Source: an uncultured Lachnospiraceae bacterium
GTDB lineage: Bacteria > Bacillota > Clostridia > Lachnospirales > Lachnospiraceae
Assembly (NCBI GenBank): GCA_945643825.1
Contig: CALZEZ010000001.1
Span: 1 to 25,078 of the forward strand
DNA: 25,078 bases
Reading direction: 5' to 3'
The notes beneath the pieces were generated by a model. That model had not been told where the DNA came from. It was given only the letters and a program-made list of their open reading frames with translations, and ran no database searches. Below, piece after piece: positions 14,289 to 24,191 of this stretch (the stretch's first letter is position 1; each line of letters begins with the position of its first letter). Made by a program: the position numbers and the translations under genes.

Positions 14289-15749
14289 ATGATGAAAAGA
14301 AAGTATAGACATGTTATGCTGAGGATTATGGCATTAACGCTTGTTCTCACGACCGTGAGCTTGTCCGGATGTGGTGACAAAGGTCAGACAGGAGAACAGG
14401 TAGTAGTCGAGATGAAGAATCCGGGCGGCGCTGCAGGTGAGACTGATGCAGAACAGATCAGTAAAGAACAGGAAGAAGAAATGATATCGGATCAGAACCC
14501 GGAGGAACAGGAGCAAGAGCCGAAGTCTCAGGAGACGGAGGAGGAAGTACCGATTCTGCGCGATGCTGTGGAGAAGGAGCTTGGAGGATATATCGGAACC
14601 TGCATCAGTGGGCAGATTCTGCAGGATAAGAAGCTGTGGAATCTAGTGACGACACACTATAATGCGGTTACTTTGGAAAATGAGCTTAAGCCTGACTGTA
14701 TGTTTGGCTACAGCAATGCAAGGTGTCCCGGAACAGAGGAGATCACCTTTGGCGGAGAAATTATGACCGTACCCAAGCTGGATTACAGCAGGGCGGAGAA
14801 GCTTCTCGACAAGGTACTTCTTTGGAATCAGGACAACCCTGAAAAGCAGATCAAGGTACGCGGACACGTTCTTGTGTGGCATTCTCAGACACCGGAATGG
14901 TTCTTCCATGAGAATTATGATAAGACACAGAATTATGTCAGTGTGGATGAGATGAATAAGCGTCTGGAGTGGTATATCTGTTCGGTGCTGACTCACTTCA
15001 CCGGACCGGATAGTAAGTATCATGGGATGTTTTATGGATGGGATGTCGTAAATGAGGCAATCAGCGACGCAACCGGAAGCTATCGGACCGAGAAGGAAAA
15101 TCCGGATGAACCGCTCTCAAACGACACACACGGCAACAATTCCAGCTGGTGGGCTGTCTATCAGAGCAACGAGTATATTATCAATGCATTTCGATATGCC
15201 AATCAGTATGCACCGCAGGAAGTGGAACTGTACTATAATGATTATAATGAATGTTCATCGAAGAAGTCTCTGGGAATTGTGGAGCTTTTAAAGGCGGTGA
15301 AGGAGCAGGAGGGTGTCCCAGGTGAGGGAACCCGAATCGATGGAATGGGAATGCAGGGACATTACAGTGTCTCAGGACCAAGCTTTAGTGAATTTGAAAC
15401 AGCGATCAGTCGGTATGCGGCTGTGGTGGGGCAAATCCAGTTAACCGAAGTGGATATGAAGGCCAGTGACGATTACGATGGAAGTGATGAGGCAAAGGAA
15501 GCCGAGTATAAGAAGATGGCGCAGCGTTATCAGACCTTATACTTTACTCTTAAGAACAAAAATGCGCAGGACGATATCTGTGTAGGAGGAATCACTTTCT
15601 GGGGAACCGTCGATCATTATTCTTGGCTGCAAAGCAGGTCAAATGTTGGTGGAGGAAGCAAGAAGAGTCTGCCACAATGTCCGTTGCTTTTTGATGAGCA
15701 TTATCAACCAAAGCCGGCGTTTTATGTGTTTGCCGGAGGAGAGGAGTAA
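14289..15749 (+). CDS. GH10 endo-1,4-beta-xylanase, predicted lipoprotein
   Basis: Basic N-region, hydrophobic core and lipobox LSG-C, then a Glu/Gln-rich linker. GH10 motifs: ENELKP, RGHVLVWHSQ, WDVVNE (acid/base), IDGMGMQGH, LTEVD (nucleophile). Start is 14289 or 14292. Confidence 0.92.
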   Translation: MMKRKYRHVMLRIMALTLVLTTVSLSGCGDKGQTGEQVVVEMKNPGGAAGETDAEQISKEQEEEMISDQNPEEQEQEPKSQETEEEVPILRDAVEKELGGYIGTCISGQILQDKKLWNLVTTHYNAVTLENELKPDCMFGYSNARCPGTEEITFGGEIMTVPKLDYSRAEKLLDKVLLWNQDNPEKQIKVRGHVLVWHSQTPEWFFHENYDKTQNYVSVDEMNKRLEWYICSVLTHFTGPDSKYHGMFYGWDVVNEAISDATGSYRTEKENPDEPLSNDTHGNNSSWWAVYQSNEYIINAFRYANQYAPQEVELYYNDYNECSSKKSLGIVELLKAVKEQEGVPGEGTRIDGMGMQGHYSVSGPSFSEFETAISRYAAVVGQIQLTEVDMKASDDYDGSDEAKEAEYKKMAQRYQTLYFTLKNKNAQDDICVGGITFWGTVDHYSWLQSRSNVGGGSKKSLPQCPLLFDEHYQPKPAFYVFAGGEE

Positions 15750-15751
15750 AC

Positions 15752-17296
15752 ATGAGTGTAACAGCAAACAACCCTATTATGCCCGGATTTTATCCGGATC
15801 CCTCAATCTGTGCGGTAGGAGAGGATTATTATCTTGTCAATTCCACCTTTGCTTATTTTCCGGGATTACCGGTTCTACATAGCAGGGATCTTGCACACTG
15901 GGAGCAGATTGGTAATGTTCTTGACAGACCAAGTCAGCTCCCTCTTGAAGCGACCGGTCATTCCAGAGGTTTATTTGCACCGACAATCCGTTACCATGAG
16001 GGAACCTTTTATTGTATTTGTACAAATGTTTCCTATGGCGGGAATTTCTATGTAACTGCAAAAGATCCGGCAGGTCCGTGGTCTGAGCCTGTTTATCTGG
16101 AGGGAGCAGACGGAATTGATCCGAGTCTGTTCTTTGATACTGACGGTAAGTGCTATTATATCGGAACCCATCCCAATCCGGATGGCTGCCGGTACAACGG
16201 GGATTACTATATCTGGATTCAGGAGCTCGATTTGGAGCAGGGCAAGCTTGTGGGAGAGGTTCACAATGTTTGGAATGGTGCCATGAAGCAGATTGTATGG
16301 CCGGAGGGGCCACACCTTTATAAAATAGGAGACTATTATTATATTATGAATGCGGAGGGCGGCACCGGACCAGAGCATGCTGAGACAATCTGCCGCAGTA
16401 AGAATCTGTTTGGCCCCTATGAGAATAATTTCTGCAATCCGATTATTACACATAGACATTTAGGAAAGGATTATCCGATCAAATATGTTGGACATGGAGA
16501 TCTTGTCCAGACACCTGCCGGTGAGTGGTACATGGTCATGCTTGCTGTTCGTCCTCTTGAGGGCTTTACAACGATGGGGCGTGAGACCTTCATGGCAAAG
16601 GTAACCTGGGAGAATGACTGGCCGATCGTGAATGTTGGGGTGGGAATGCTCACTGACACCATCTCGATTGATCTTCCGGAATGGATACCCGAGAAGTCCT
16701 GCTGTGAGAATGACAGTGTCTATGATTTTACAGCCATGTCAGAGCTTGGACCAGAGTTTTTGGCCCTTCGCAGACCGGCAGATGACTTTGCAAAATTGCA
16801 GGAAGGAAGCGGGCTTGAGCTGAAATATACAAAGACCACATTGAGAGAGGAAGCAACGCCGTCCTATCTGGCAATCAGGCAGAAGCATCATCATTTCAAT
16901 GCAGAATGTGATGTCTGCACAGACAGTGTTACGGAGGGACGTGCCGGTATTGCATTGGTTCAGAGCAATGAATATCACATGCGTGTGGAGCTTACGAAGG
17001 TATTTGGGACGGAACAGCTTATTGCAGAGGTGATACTTTGCGAGAACGGAACAGACAGGTCAATGGGTGAGGTGACAGTTGCTAATAAGCCGGTCATAAC
17101 TGTAGGAATCCGTGTGGACGGCTTACAGGCAAGCGCTCATGTGGATGGAATCACGGTGACAGACAAACTGGATGTCCGGAATCTGTCGACAGAGGTAGCA
17201 GGAGGCTTTGTGGGCTGCACGGTCGGTCTCTATGCAGTTACAGACAGGGAAACGCAGGCAAGTGCAAGATTTTCGCGTCTTGCTTATACCGTTTAA
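15752..17296 (+). CDS. GH43 beta-xylosidase/alpha-L-arabinofuranosidase with C-terminal beta-sandwich, 514 aa
   Basis: NPIMPGFYPDPSIC, APTIRYH, GIDPSLFFD, WPEGPHLY, EGGT, GHGDLV and GGFVGCTVG. No signal peptide. It lies 2 nt after the GH10 stop. Confidence 0.92.
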   Translation: MSVTANNPIMPGFYPDPSICAVGEDYYLVNSTFAYFPGLPVLHSRDLAHWEQIGNVLDRPSQLPLEATGHSRGLFAPTIRYHEGTFYCICTNVSYGGNFYVTAKDPAGPWSEPVYLEGADGIDPSLFFDTDGKCYYIGTHPNPDGCRYNGDYYIWIQELDLEQGKLVGEVHNVWNGAMKQIVWPEGPHLYKIGDYYYIMNAEGGTGPEHAETICRSKNLFGPYENNFCNPIITHRHLGKDYPIKYVGHGDLVQTPAGEWYMVMLAVRPLEGFTTMGRETFMAKVTWENDWPIVNVGVGMLTDTISIDLPEWIPEKSCCENDSVYDFTAMSELGPEFLALRRPADDFAKLQEGSGLELKYTKTTLREEATPSYLAIRQKHHHFNAECDVCTDSVTEGRAGIALVQSNEYHMRVELTKVFGTEQLIAEVILCENGTDRSMGEVTVANKPVITVGIRVDGLQASAHVDGITVTDKLDVRNLSTEVAGGFVGCTVGLYAVTDRETQASARFSRLAYTV

Positions 17297-17302
17297 AACA
17301 TA

Positions 17303-17331
17303 AAAAGGACTGTCGGTTTGACAGTCCTTTT
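17303..17331. terminator. Bidirectional intrinsic terminator between convergent GH43 and GH9
   Basis: AAAAGGACTGTC-GGTTT-GACAGTCCTTTT: perfect 12-bp arms with A/T tails on both sides. Confidence 0.9.
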
Positions 17332-17362
17332 GTCGTGGGCAAGCTTTGATAGAACATTTGCT

Positions 17363-18970
17363 TTAATAACAGGAAAGAACAGAGGCTAAGAGCTGCAGGA
17401 ATGCAGAATTCCAGTATATGGTTACTTCGTTTGTAGAGTAGCTTCCGGTCATATCGATCAGAGCCTTTGCAGGAGCAGTGTCTGAGGTGAGAATCCCCTT
17501 GGCACAATCGTCTGCAAGCCAGTCACACGGACCACCGGAGAGCATGCCGGGCATCGCTTTGCCGAGGAAGCCGGAAGGCCGATGGTGCGGATGCTTGATG
17601 GCATTTGTTCCGCAGCCGGTGATATAGCATAAGCCCATGGGATTGCGTCCGAGCAGATAGTGAAGCTGGTCTGCGGCAGCATCCAGATATCGTGTATCGT
17701 GGGTGATGCAGTAGGCATCATACAGGTGAAGTCCGTTGTTTGCTACATTCATATTACTTCCCCAGATATATTCCGTGCTTTTTAATGCGGTGCCATAACC
17801 ATCGTCATTTGCAACGGCAAGAAGCATGTTCGCCAAAGCAGATATATCCTCTGTGATAGCGGATCGGATGTCCGGATCTGTCGGATACTCACAGCTAAGA
17901 TAAGCCAGATTTCCATAGGAGCCCATGTCTGCCCAACCGTAGCCGTGGTAGATTTTCTCACGCGCCAGTGCTTTAAAGTCATCATGATACCTGGCATCAC
18001 CGAAGGTTCGGTAAAGCTCCGCAGCTGCCCAATAGCGCTCATCCAGATCACATTTATCTCCGTATTCTCCGGTTGTAATTTCCTTTGGATTTTGGAAGCC
18101 ACCCGGAATATCCATTTCCTTCATTGCAGTGTAGGCCTTTTGGGATGCTTCCTTTAGTTTTGCAGCATAACCAGAATCATAGCGGTCGTAGATACGGGCA
18201 GCAAGAGCACATACCGCTGCAAAATCTCCGGTTGCGGTGACGGATACCGGGCTTAGAATAATGGGTTCCTTTTCCTCCTGCGGCATAATGAAATCGCAGA
18301 AATGATAGCAGGTCGCTTTATGGTAGACTGCGCCATCTGGTCGCTGCATTTTGCACATCCAGTCCAGCTCGACCTTTACTTCCGCCAGATAGGCGGGAAG
18401 TGATACCACGGTATCCGAATCCGGGCACTCATAGCTTTCACATAGTTTCTGATTGCGCTCCCAGGCATAGAGAAGCTGGGCTGCCGCCATGGCACCGGGT
18501 CCCACATAACGTCCGTAATCACCTGCATCATGCCAGCCACCTGTGACATCCTTTGTAATGGATGGATCGTCATAGGATCTGGCTGCTGTTGTGTGACAGG
18601 CGCAGTGTCCATAAATACCGGCAGCCTTGTCAGGCAGCTCTCGTCCACAGCTTTGCAGATAGAAAAACGCCATACTCTTCTGAAATACATCCTGATAGGG
18701 CTGCGCTGAAATTTCAAAGGTCTCTGATTCGTGATTGTCCTGAGTCACAATGTAATAGCGGCCAGGCGTGGTAACAGCAGAGAAATCACCGATATAGTTG
18801 GTTTCCTTTGCAGAAGTGTTTTGTATCGGCGTATTGGCACAGGCTCTGTAAACGATTGTGCCATCTGTCTGACGCACCGTAAAATCGACCGGTGCATCAG
18901 CACGAAAGGTAACCTGCTTTCTGCCATCACACAGGTAACCGCACTGGTCGATAAAGATTGTTCTGTACAT
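17363..18970 (-). CDS. GH9 glycoside hydrolase with N-terminal Ig-like domain, no signal peptide, 535 aa
   Basis: IFIDQCGY, GGWHDAGDYGRY (two catalytic Asp), LHYLLGRNP..CYITG.G...HPHHR and SYSTNEVTIYWN (catalytic Glu). ATG 18970 is preceded by GGGGT. Confidence 0.92.
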   Translation of the reverse strand: MYRTIFIDQCGYLCDGRKQVTFRADAPVDFTVRQTDGTIVYRACANTPIQNTSAKETNYIGDFSAVTTPGRYYIVTQDNHESETFEISAQPYQDVFQKSMAFFYLQSCGRELPDKAAGIYGHCACHTTAARSYDDPSITKDVTGGWHDAGDYGRYVGPGAMAAAQLLYAWERNQKLCESYECPDSDTVVSLPAYLAEVKVELDWMCKMQRPDGAVYHKATCYHFCDFIMPQEEKEPIILSPVSVTATGDFAAVCALAARIYDRYDSGYAAKLKEASQKAYTAMKEMDIPGGFQNPKEITTGEYGDKCDLDERYWAAAELYRTFGDARYHDDFKALAREKIYHGYGWADMGSYGNLAYLSCEYPTDPDIRSAITEDISALANMLLAVANDDGYGTALKSTEYIWGSNMNVANNGLHLYDAYCITHDTRYLDAAADQLHYLLGRNPMGLCYITGCGTNAIKHPHHRPSGFLGKAMPGMLSGGPCDWLADDCAKGILTSDTAPAKALIDMTGSYSTNEVTIYWNSAFLQLLASVLSCY

Positions 18971-19002
18971 AAATAATACCCCAATTAAATTCATTTTATA
19001 TC

Positions 19003-19031
19003 ATTGTACTAGAGGCTGGGAATCTTCACAA
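19003..19031 (-). promoter_or_regulatory. Probable promoter for GH9
   Basis: Minus strand TTGTGA (19031-19026), 17-nt spacer, TACAAT (19008-19003). Confidence 0.55.
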
Positions 19032-19136
19032 TGGAGGGATTGCTTTTTTTTGGTCATTATTTGCGCTGGTTGGGAATAAAAGAACAAAATCTGAACACTA
19101 TGTGGCTATAAATGATTAGCAGAAAGAGGAAGAAAT

Positions 19137-19153
19137 TGCTATAATGGTAGAAT
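19137..19153 (+). promoter_or_regulatory. Extended -10 element(s) for the GH115-GH3 operon
   Basis: TGcTATAAT (19137-19145) followed directly by a second candidate, TGgTAGAAT (19145-19153). No good -35. Confidence 0.5.
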
Positions 19154-19186
19154 CTAAATACAGCAGAAAGGATATGGTTTGTTAAC

Positions 19187-22036
19187 ATGAATTTCGTGGT
19201 AAAGAGGGGCTGCGATAAGACATGCATTTATGTGGAACCACAGGCGTTCCCGGGAGTTAAGAGGGTTGCCGGTAAGGTTGCAGGTGATATATGTCTTGTA
19301 ACAGACGAGGAGGTTCCGGTTGTGGAACAGCTCCCGGCAAAGAAGCAGATAGTTGTTGCGGTGACGTTGGGAAAGAGTACTTATCTGGATGAGCTGAGTG
19401 CAGGAGGGCTTTTTGATCCTAAGGACATAAAGGGGAAACGGGAGGTATATGCTTTCCGCCTGTTAGAGGATACTGTACACGACAGACAGATTCTGTTGAT
19501 TGCGGGCAGTGATAAGCGTGGAACGATATATGGTCTGTTCCATATCTCAGAATTGCTGGAGGTGTCTCCCTGGATCTGGTTTGCTGACTGTATGCCGGCC
19601 CATAGAGATGAGGTTGTCTTCGATGAGAGTGTCAACATGGTGTCAAAGGAGCCCAGTGTCAAATACCGTGGCTTGTTCATTAATGACGAATGGCCGTCCT
19701 ATGGGAACTGGACATTCTCTCATTTCGGCGGATTTACAGCACAGATGTATGATCATGTTTTTGAACTGTTGTTGCGAATGCATGGCAATTATCTGTGGCC
19801 GGCCATGTGGACCTCCAATTTTAGCCTGGACGGACCGGGATTGGAGAATGCGATCCTGGCTGATGAATATGGAATCGTAATGAGTAATTCACATCATGAG
19901 CCATGCTCCAGACATAGCGAGGAATGGGATCTGGTCAGAGGAGAGGATTCCATTTACGGAAACGCATGGAATTTTGACCAGAATAAAGAGGGACTGATTC
20001 GTTACTGGCGGGATGGCTTAAAGCGCAATGCACCGTTTGAAAATATTATCACAATCGGAATGAGGGGAGAGCGGGATAGCACGATTTTGGGACATGACGC
20101 CACTCTTGCAGATAATATCAACTATCTCAGAGAAGTCATCACAACGCAGAATGAGCTGTTAAGAGAGTGTATTGATCCGGATCTCGATAAGGTTCCACGA
20201 CTTCTGGCTCTCTATAAAGAGGTGGAGGCGTATTTTTACGGAGATGAAACCACGGCGGGACTGAAGGATTGGGAAGAGCTCGATGGTGTCACACTCATGC
20301 TGTGTGAGGACAATTTCGGCAATATGAGGACACTGCCCACAGAGAAGATGAGAGAGCATAAGGGTGGCTATGGAATGTATTACCACTTTGATTACCATGG
20401 AGATCCCGTTTCCTATGAGTGGGTAAACAGTACTTATCTTCCTAAGGTATGGGAGCAGATGACCGAGTGTTATGAGTATGGTGTGCGTGACATATGGATC
20501 GTCAATGTAGGAGATTTGAAGCCACAGGAGCTGCCGCTTACATACTTCCTGGATCTCGCCTATGATTTTGATAAGTGGGGAAGCTCCAATCCGAATTCTA
20601 CGGAGCAGTACACGAAAGCATGGGTGGCACGACAGTTTGGTGCAGTTTTATCCGAGGAAGGACAGGAAAAGGCCTGTGCTGTTTTAAATGGTTATACGAG
20701 AAGAAACAGCATCTGTCGACCGGAGGCATTGAATCAGAATCGTTACAGTGTTGCTTCCGGAGAGGCTGACCGGGTGTTAAAGGAGTGGGACTGTATAGAA
20801 AAGCTCGCCGAGGATGTTCTTGCCGAAGCAGAAAACCATGTAAAGAAAGAAGATGTTGATAAGGATGCAGGGGTAGCCTCTGTCTATGAGCTTCTGTATT
20901 TTCCAGCTGTAGCATCTGCCAATGTAAATCGCATGCAGATTTATGCAGGGAAGAACGCTCTCTACGCAAGGCAGGGGCGTATGGACGCCAATCGGTATGG
21001 TCAGCTGGTTGAGGACTGTATCGCACGTGATGCCGTTTTACAGGATCGGTATCATCGTGTTGCAGACGGAAAGTGGGATAATATCATGCGCTCCGAGCAT
21101 GTTGGCTTCATCTACTGGAATGATGAGGAATGCCGGTATCCGGTGGTGCAGAAAGTATATCCTGCAAGAAAGCCGCGAATGGTCGTTACTCTTTCCGGAA
21201 CAGAAGACTACAGCATGGGTGGGGACTGGACGAGAAAGCAGCTGGTGTCCGATACACTCTTGAATCCGGAAAATAAGGAATTTATCATCACGGTAGCAAA
21301 CGGTGCGCTGCTCCCTATCTCATTTTGCGTGGAAAATGATGCGGAATGGTTACAGATATCCTTAAAGGAAGCGACACTCGGGAATTCACCGGAAAATGAA
21401 ACGGTTCAGATTGTTGTAACCAGAGATGAGAAAGCGTTTCTTGCAAAAGCACAGGAGCTTGGGGATCGTGAGCTTGAGGCAAAGCTGTGTGTCCGGTCTG
21501 AGCAGACACATGTGGACATCTGCGTGAAGGCAGCGGCGTATCCCGAGAATCTGCCGCAGAATATACCTTTTGTTCCCAAAACAGGACTGAAAATCCAGGC
21601 AGAGGATGCGGTGCATGCAGATGCGGCATGGCAGATTCTTAAGCCTTATGGAATCTATGACTCCGGCTGTAAGGTGCTTCCGTGTCTTAAGACCTATACC
21701 AAGGAAGATGCACCCTGCATGGAATATATGATGTATCTGGACAAAGCCTGCGAGGTCGAGATTGTAGTACATCTTGCACCATCGAACCCGTTGATCCGAG
21801 GTGGGGAACTGAAATTTGCCTATCAGATGAACGAGGGGGCTTTTTCCGAGGTTGCTTCTGTCGATAAGGATTATGCGGCAGGTGAGAATCGTTGCAGGCA
21901 ATGGGCTCGAGGTGTACTTGAGAATGAGAGACGAACTGCTTTTGTGACCAAGGCAAAAGACGGTGTCAACACTCTGAAAATCTACTCAATCGATCCGGGA
22001 TTTGTGCCGGAGTTAATTGAGATCAATCCCAAATAA
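19187..22036 (+). CDS. GH115 xylan alpha-1,2-(4-O-methyl)glucuronidase, 949 aa
   Basis: GSDKRGTIYG, PSVKYRGLFINDE, NYLWPAMW, SHHEP, GMRGERD, EDNFGN, YYHFDYHG and IWIVNVGDLKP. No signal peptide. Confidence 0.92.
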   Translation: MNFVVKRGCDKTCIYVEPQAFPGVKRVAGKVAGDICLVTDEEVPVVEQLPAKKQIVVAVTLGKSTYLDELSAGGLFDPKDIKGKREVYAFRLLEDTVHDRQILLIAGSDKRGTIYGLFHISELLEVSPWIWFADCMPAHRDEVVFDESVNMVSKEPSVKYRGLFINDEWPSYGNWTFSHFGGFTAQMYDHVFELLLRMHGNYLWPAMWTSNFSLDGPGLENAILADEYGIVMSNSHHEPCSRHSEEWDLVRGEDSIYGNAWNFDQNKEGLIRYWRDGLKRNAPFENIITIGMRGERDSTILGHDATLADNINYLREVITTQNELLRECIDPDLDKVPRLLALYKEVEAYFYGDETTAGLKDWEELDGVTLMLCEDNFGNMRTLPTEKMREHKGGYGMYYHFDYHGDPVSYEWVNSTYLPKVWEQMTECYEYGVRDIWIVNVGDLKPQELPLTYFLDLAYDFDKWGSSNPNSTEQYTKAWVARQFGAVLSEEGQEKACAVLNGYTRRNSICRPEALNQNRYSVASGEADRVLKEWDCIEKLAEDVLAEAENHVKKEDVDKDAGVASVYELLYFPAVASANVNRMQIYAGKNALYARQGRMDANRYGQLVEDCIARDAVLQDRYHRVADGKWDNIMRSEHVGFIYWNDEECRYPVVQKVYPARKPRMVVTLSGTEDYSMGGDWTRKQLVSDTLLNPENKEFIITVANGALLPISFCVENDAEWLQISLKEATLGNSPENETVQIVVTRDEKAFLAKAQELGDRELEAKLCVRSEQTHVDICVKAAAYPENLPQNIPFVPKTGLKIQAEDAVHADAAWQILKPYGIYDSGCKVLPCLKTYTKEDAPCMEYMMYLDKACEVEIVVHLAPSNPLIRGGELKFAYQMNEGAFSEVASVDKDYAAGENRCRQWARGVLENERRTAFVTKAKDGVNTLKIYSIDPGFVPELIEINPK

Positions 22037-22070
22037 TACAATAGTTAAGATAGACAGAAAGGAAAAAACA

Positions 22071-24191
22071 ATGAGTGAAGTGATATTTAATGCAGAAAAA
22101 AATGAGGCTTTCCGTGAGAAGGCCAAAGCACTGGTCGCAAAGATGACATTATCCGAGAAGTGCTCCCAGATGCTTAACTGGGCACCGGCAATCGAGAGAC
22201 TGGATATAAAGGCCTATAACTGGTGGAATGAGGCGCTGCATGGCGTGGCACGTGCGGGTGTTGCCACTGTTTTCCCGCAGGCAATCACAATGGCGGGAAG
22301 CTTTGATGAGGATCTGATGGAAGAGGTCGGAGATGCGATTGCGACCGAGGGACGCGCAAAGTACAATATGCAGCAGCAGTATGGTGATACAGACATTTAT
22401 AAGGGACTTACCTTTTGGTCACCTAACGTAAACATTTTCAGGGATCCCCGTTGGGGAAGAGGTCATGAGACCTATGGAGAGGATCCTTATCTTACCTCCA
22501 GACTTGGTGTACGCTTCATCAATGGTCTTCAGGGGCATGATGAGAATCATATGAAAGCAGCTGCCTGTGCAAAGCATTTTGCAGTACACAGCGGACCGGA
22601 GGATCTTCGTCATTTCTTTAATGCAGAGGTGTCAAAGCAGGATTTGTATGAAACCTATCTTCCTGCCTTTGAGGCCTGTGTCAAGGAGGCAAAGGTAGAG
22701 GCAGTGATGGGCGCCTACAATCGTACCAATGGTGAGCCATGCTGTGGAAGTAAGACGCTGCTTCAGGATATTCTGCGCGATGACTGGGGCTTTGAAGGAC
22801 ATGTTACCTCTGATTGTTGGGCAATTAAGGATTTCTATGAGGGACACAAGGTTGTGGATGGACCTCTTGAGTCTGTGGCACTGGCTGTCAATAACGGCTG
22901 CGATACAAACTGTGGCAATCTCTTTTCCTATCTTGAGGAGGCTGTCAACAAAGGATTGATCAAAGAGGAAACCATTGACCAGGCTCTGGTTCGTTTGTTT
23001 ACGACGAGATACAAATTAGGTATTATGGCTGATTCGGAACCGACTGCCTTTGATGAGATCAGTTATCTGGAGGTTGACTCTCCCAAAATGCAGGAGCTGA
23101 ACCGCAGGGTTGCTCTTGAGAGTATGGTATTATTAAAGAACGATGGTTTGTTGCCGCTTAAGAAGGAAAAGGTATCCACGATAGGAGTGATCGGACCAAA
23201 TGCAAATAACAGACGCGCCCTGGTAGGAAACTATGAGGGCACAAGCTCCCGTTATGTTACCGTTTTAGAGGGAATACAGGATTATGTGGGAGAGGATGTA
23301 AGAGTTCTCTATTCAGAAGGCTGTCATCTGTGTAAGGACAGAGTGGAGAATCTGGCGGTAGAGAACGATCGTATCTCTGAGGTCAAGGGTGTCTGTGCAG
23401 CATCGGATGTTGTAATCTGCTGTCTGGGATTGGACTCTGGACTTGAGGGTGAAGAGGGCGACCAGGGCAATCAGTATGCCAGTGGAGATAAACCATCACT
23501 TGATCTTCCGGGATTACAACAGCAGGTATTGGAGGCAGCCGTTGCTTCCGGCAAGCCGGTAATTCTGGTTCTCCTTGCAGGCAGTGCTCTTGCAATCGGA
23601 TATGCAAATGAGCATGCCAATGCGATCCTTTATGGCGGATATCCTGGCGCACAGGGGGGAGCAGCCATCGCAAGAATTTTGTTTGGTGAGAACTGTCCGG
23701 AAGGAAAGCTTCCGATCACCTTCTATGGATCATTAGATGAGATCCCGGAGTTTACGGATTATTCGATGAAGGGCAGAACCTACCGCTATATGCAGAACAA
23801 AGCATTATATCCGTTTGGATATGGTCTGTCCTATACAAGCTTTGCTCTGTCTGAGACAACGATGGATAGAGCGGCAGACGGAAGTGCTGTTGTAAGGACA
23901 ACCATTGAGAATACAGGAGAATATGACGGAGCGGATGTTATCCAGGTTTATGTCAAGGTAGAGAGGGATAATACACCGAATCCTCAGCTGAAAGCATTTA
24001 AAAAGGTTGCACTCAAGAAGGGAGAGAAGAAAACCCTTGAGCTTGTGCTTCCTCCCAAAGCGTTTGGTTATTTCGATGAGGATGCAAATTGGATCGAGGT
24101 GCCACAGGAGTGTACGGTATACGTTGGGCTGGCTCAGCCGGATGCAAGAAGTGAGGAACTGACCGGACACAAAGCGGTTGTAATTCGATAA
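22071..24191 (+). CDS. GH3 beta-xylosidase/beta-glucosidase, 706 aa
   Basis: WWNEALHGVARAG, WSPNVNIFRDPRWGRGHETYGEDP, KHF, SDCWAI (nucleophile Asp), LEGEEGD, LYPFGYGLSY and a C-terminal Fn3-like domain. RBS AAAGGA precedes ATG 22071. Confidence 0.93.
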   Translation: MSEVIFNAEKNEAFREKAKALVAKMTLSEKCSQMLNWAPAIERLDIKAYNWWNEALHGVARAGVATVFPQAITMAGSFDEDLMEEVGDAIATEGRAKYNMQQQYGDTDIYKGLTFWSPNVNIFRDPRWGRGHETYGEDPYLTSRLGVRFINGLQGHDENHMKAAACAKHFAVHSGPEDLRHFFNAEVSKQDLYETYLPAFEACVKEAKVEAVMGAYNRTNGEPCCGSKTLLQDILRDDWGFEGHVTSDCWAIKDFYEGHKVVDGPLESVALAVNNGCDTNCGNLFSYLEEAVNKGLIKEETIDQALVRLFTTRYKLGIMADSEPTAFDEISYLEVDSPKMQELNRRVALESMVLLKNDGLLPLKKEKVSTIGVIGPNANNRRALVGNYEGTSSRYVTVLEGIQDYVGEDVRVLYSEGCHLCKDRVENLAVENDRISEVKGVCAASDVVICCLGLDSGLEGEEGDQGNQYASGDKPSLDLPGLQQQVLEAAVASGKPVILVLLAGSALAIGYANEHANAILYGGYPGAQGGAAIARILFGENCPEGKLPITFYGSLDEIPEFTDYSMKGRTYRYMQNKALYPFGYGLSYTSFALSETTMDRAADGSAVVRTTIENTGEYDGADVIQVYVKVERDNTPNPQLKAFKKVALKKGEKKTLELVLPPKAFGYFDEDANWIEVPQECTVYVGLAQPDARSEELTGHKAVVIR

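Noticed and set aside
13490-14380. 296-aa minus-strand ORF
   Set aside because: Antisense shadow of kdgK crossing a terminator and promoter; no motif or RBS.
14400-14560. Glu/Gln-rich GAA/GAG stretch in GH10
   Set aside because: A low-complexity protein linker, not a DNA tandem repeat or mobile element.
19040-19064. TTGC repeated at a 21-bp period upstream of the GH9 promoter (AraC-like spacing)
   Set aside because: Only 4 bp match, and no matching motif could be established in the GH10 or GH115 promoters by eye.
19118-19170. AGCAGAAAG direct repeat (19118, 19162)
   Set aside because: The second copy coincides with the purine-rich RBS region and the spacing fits no regulator model; probably incidental.
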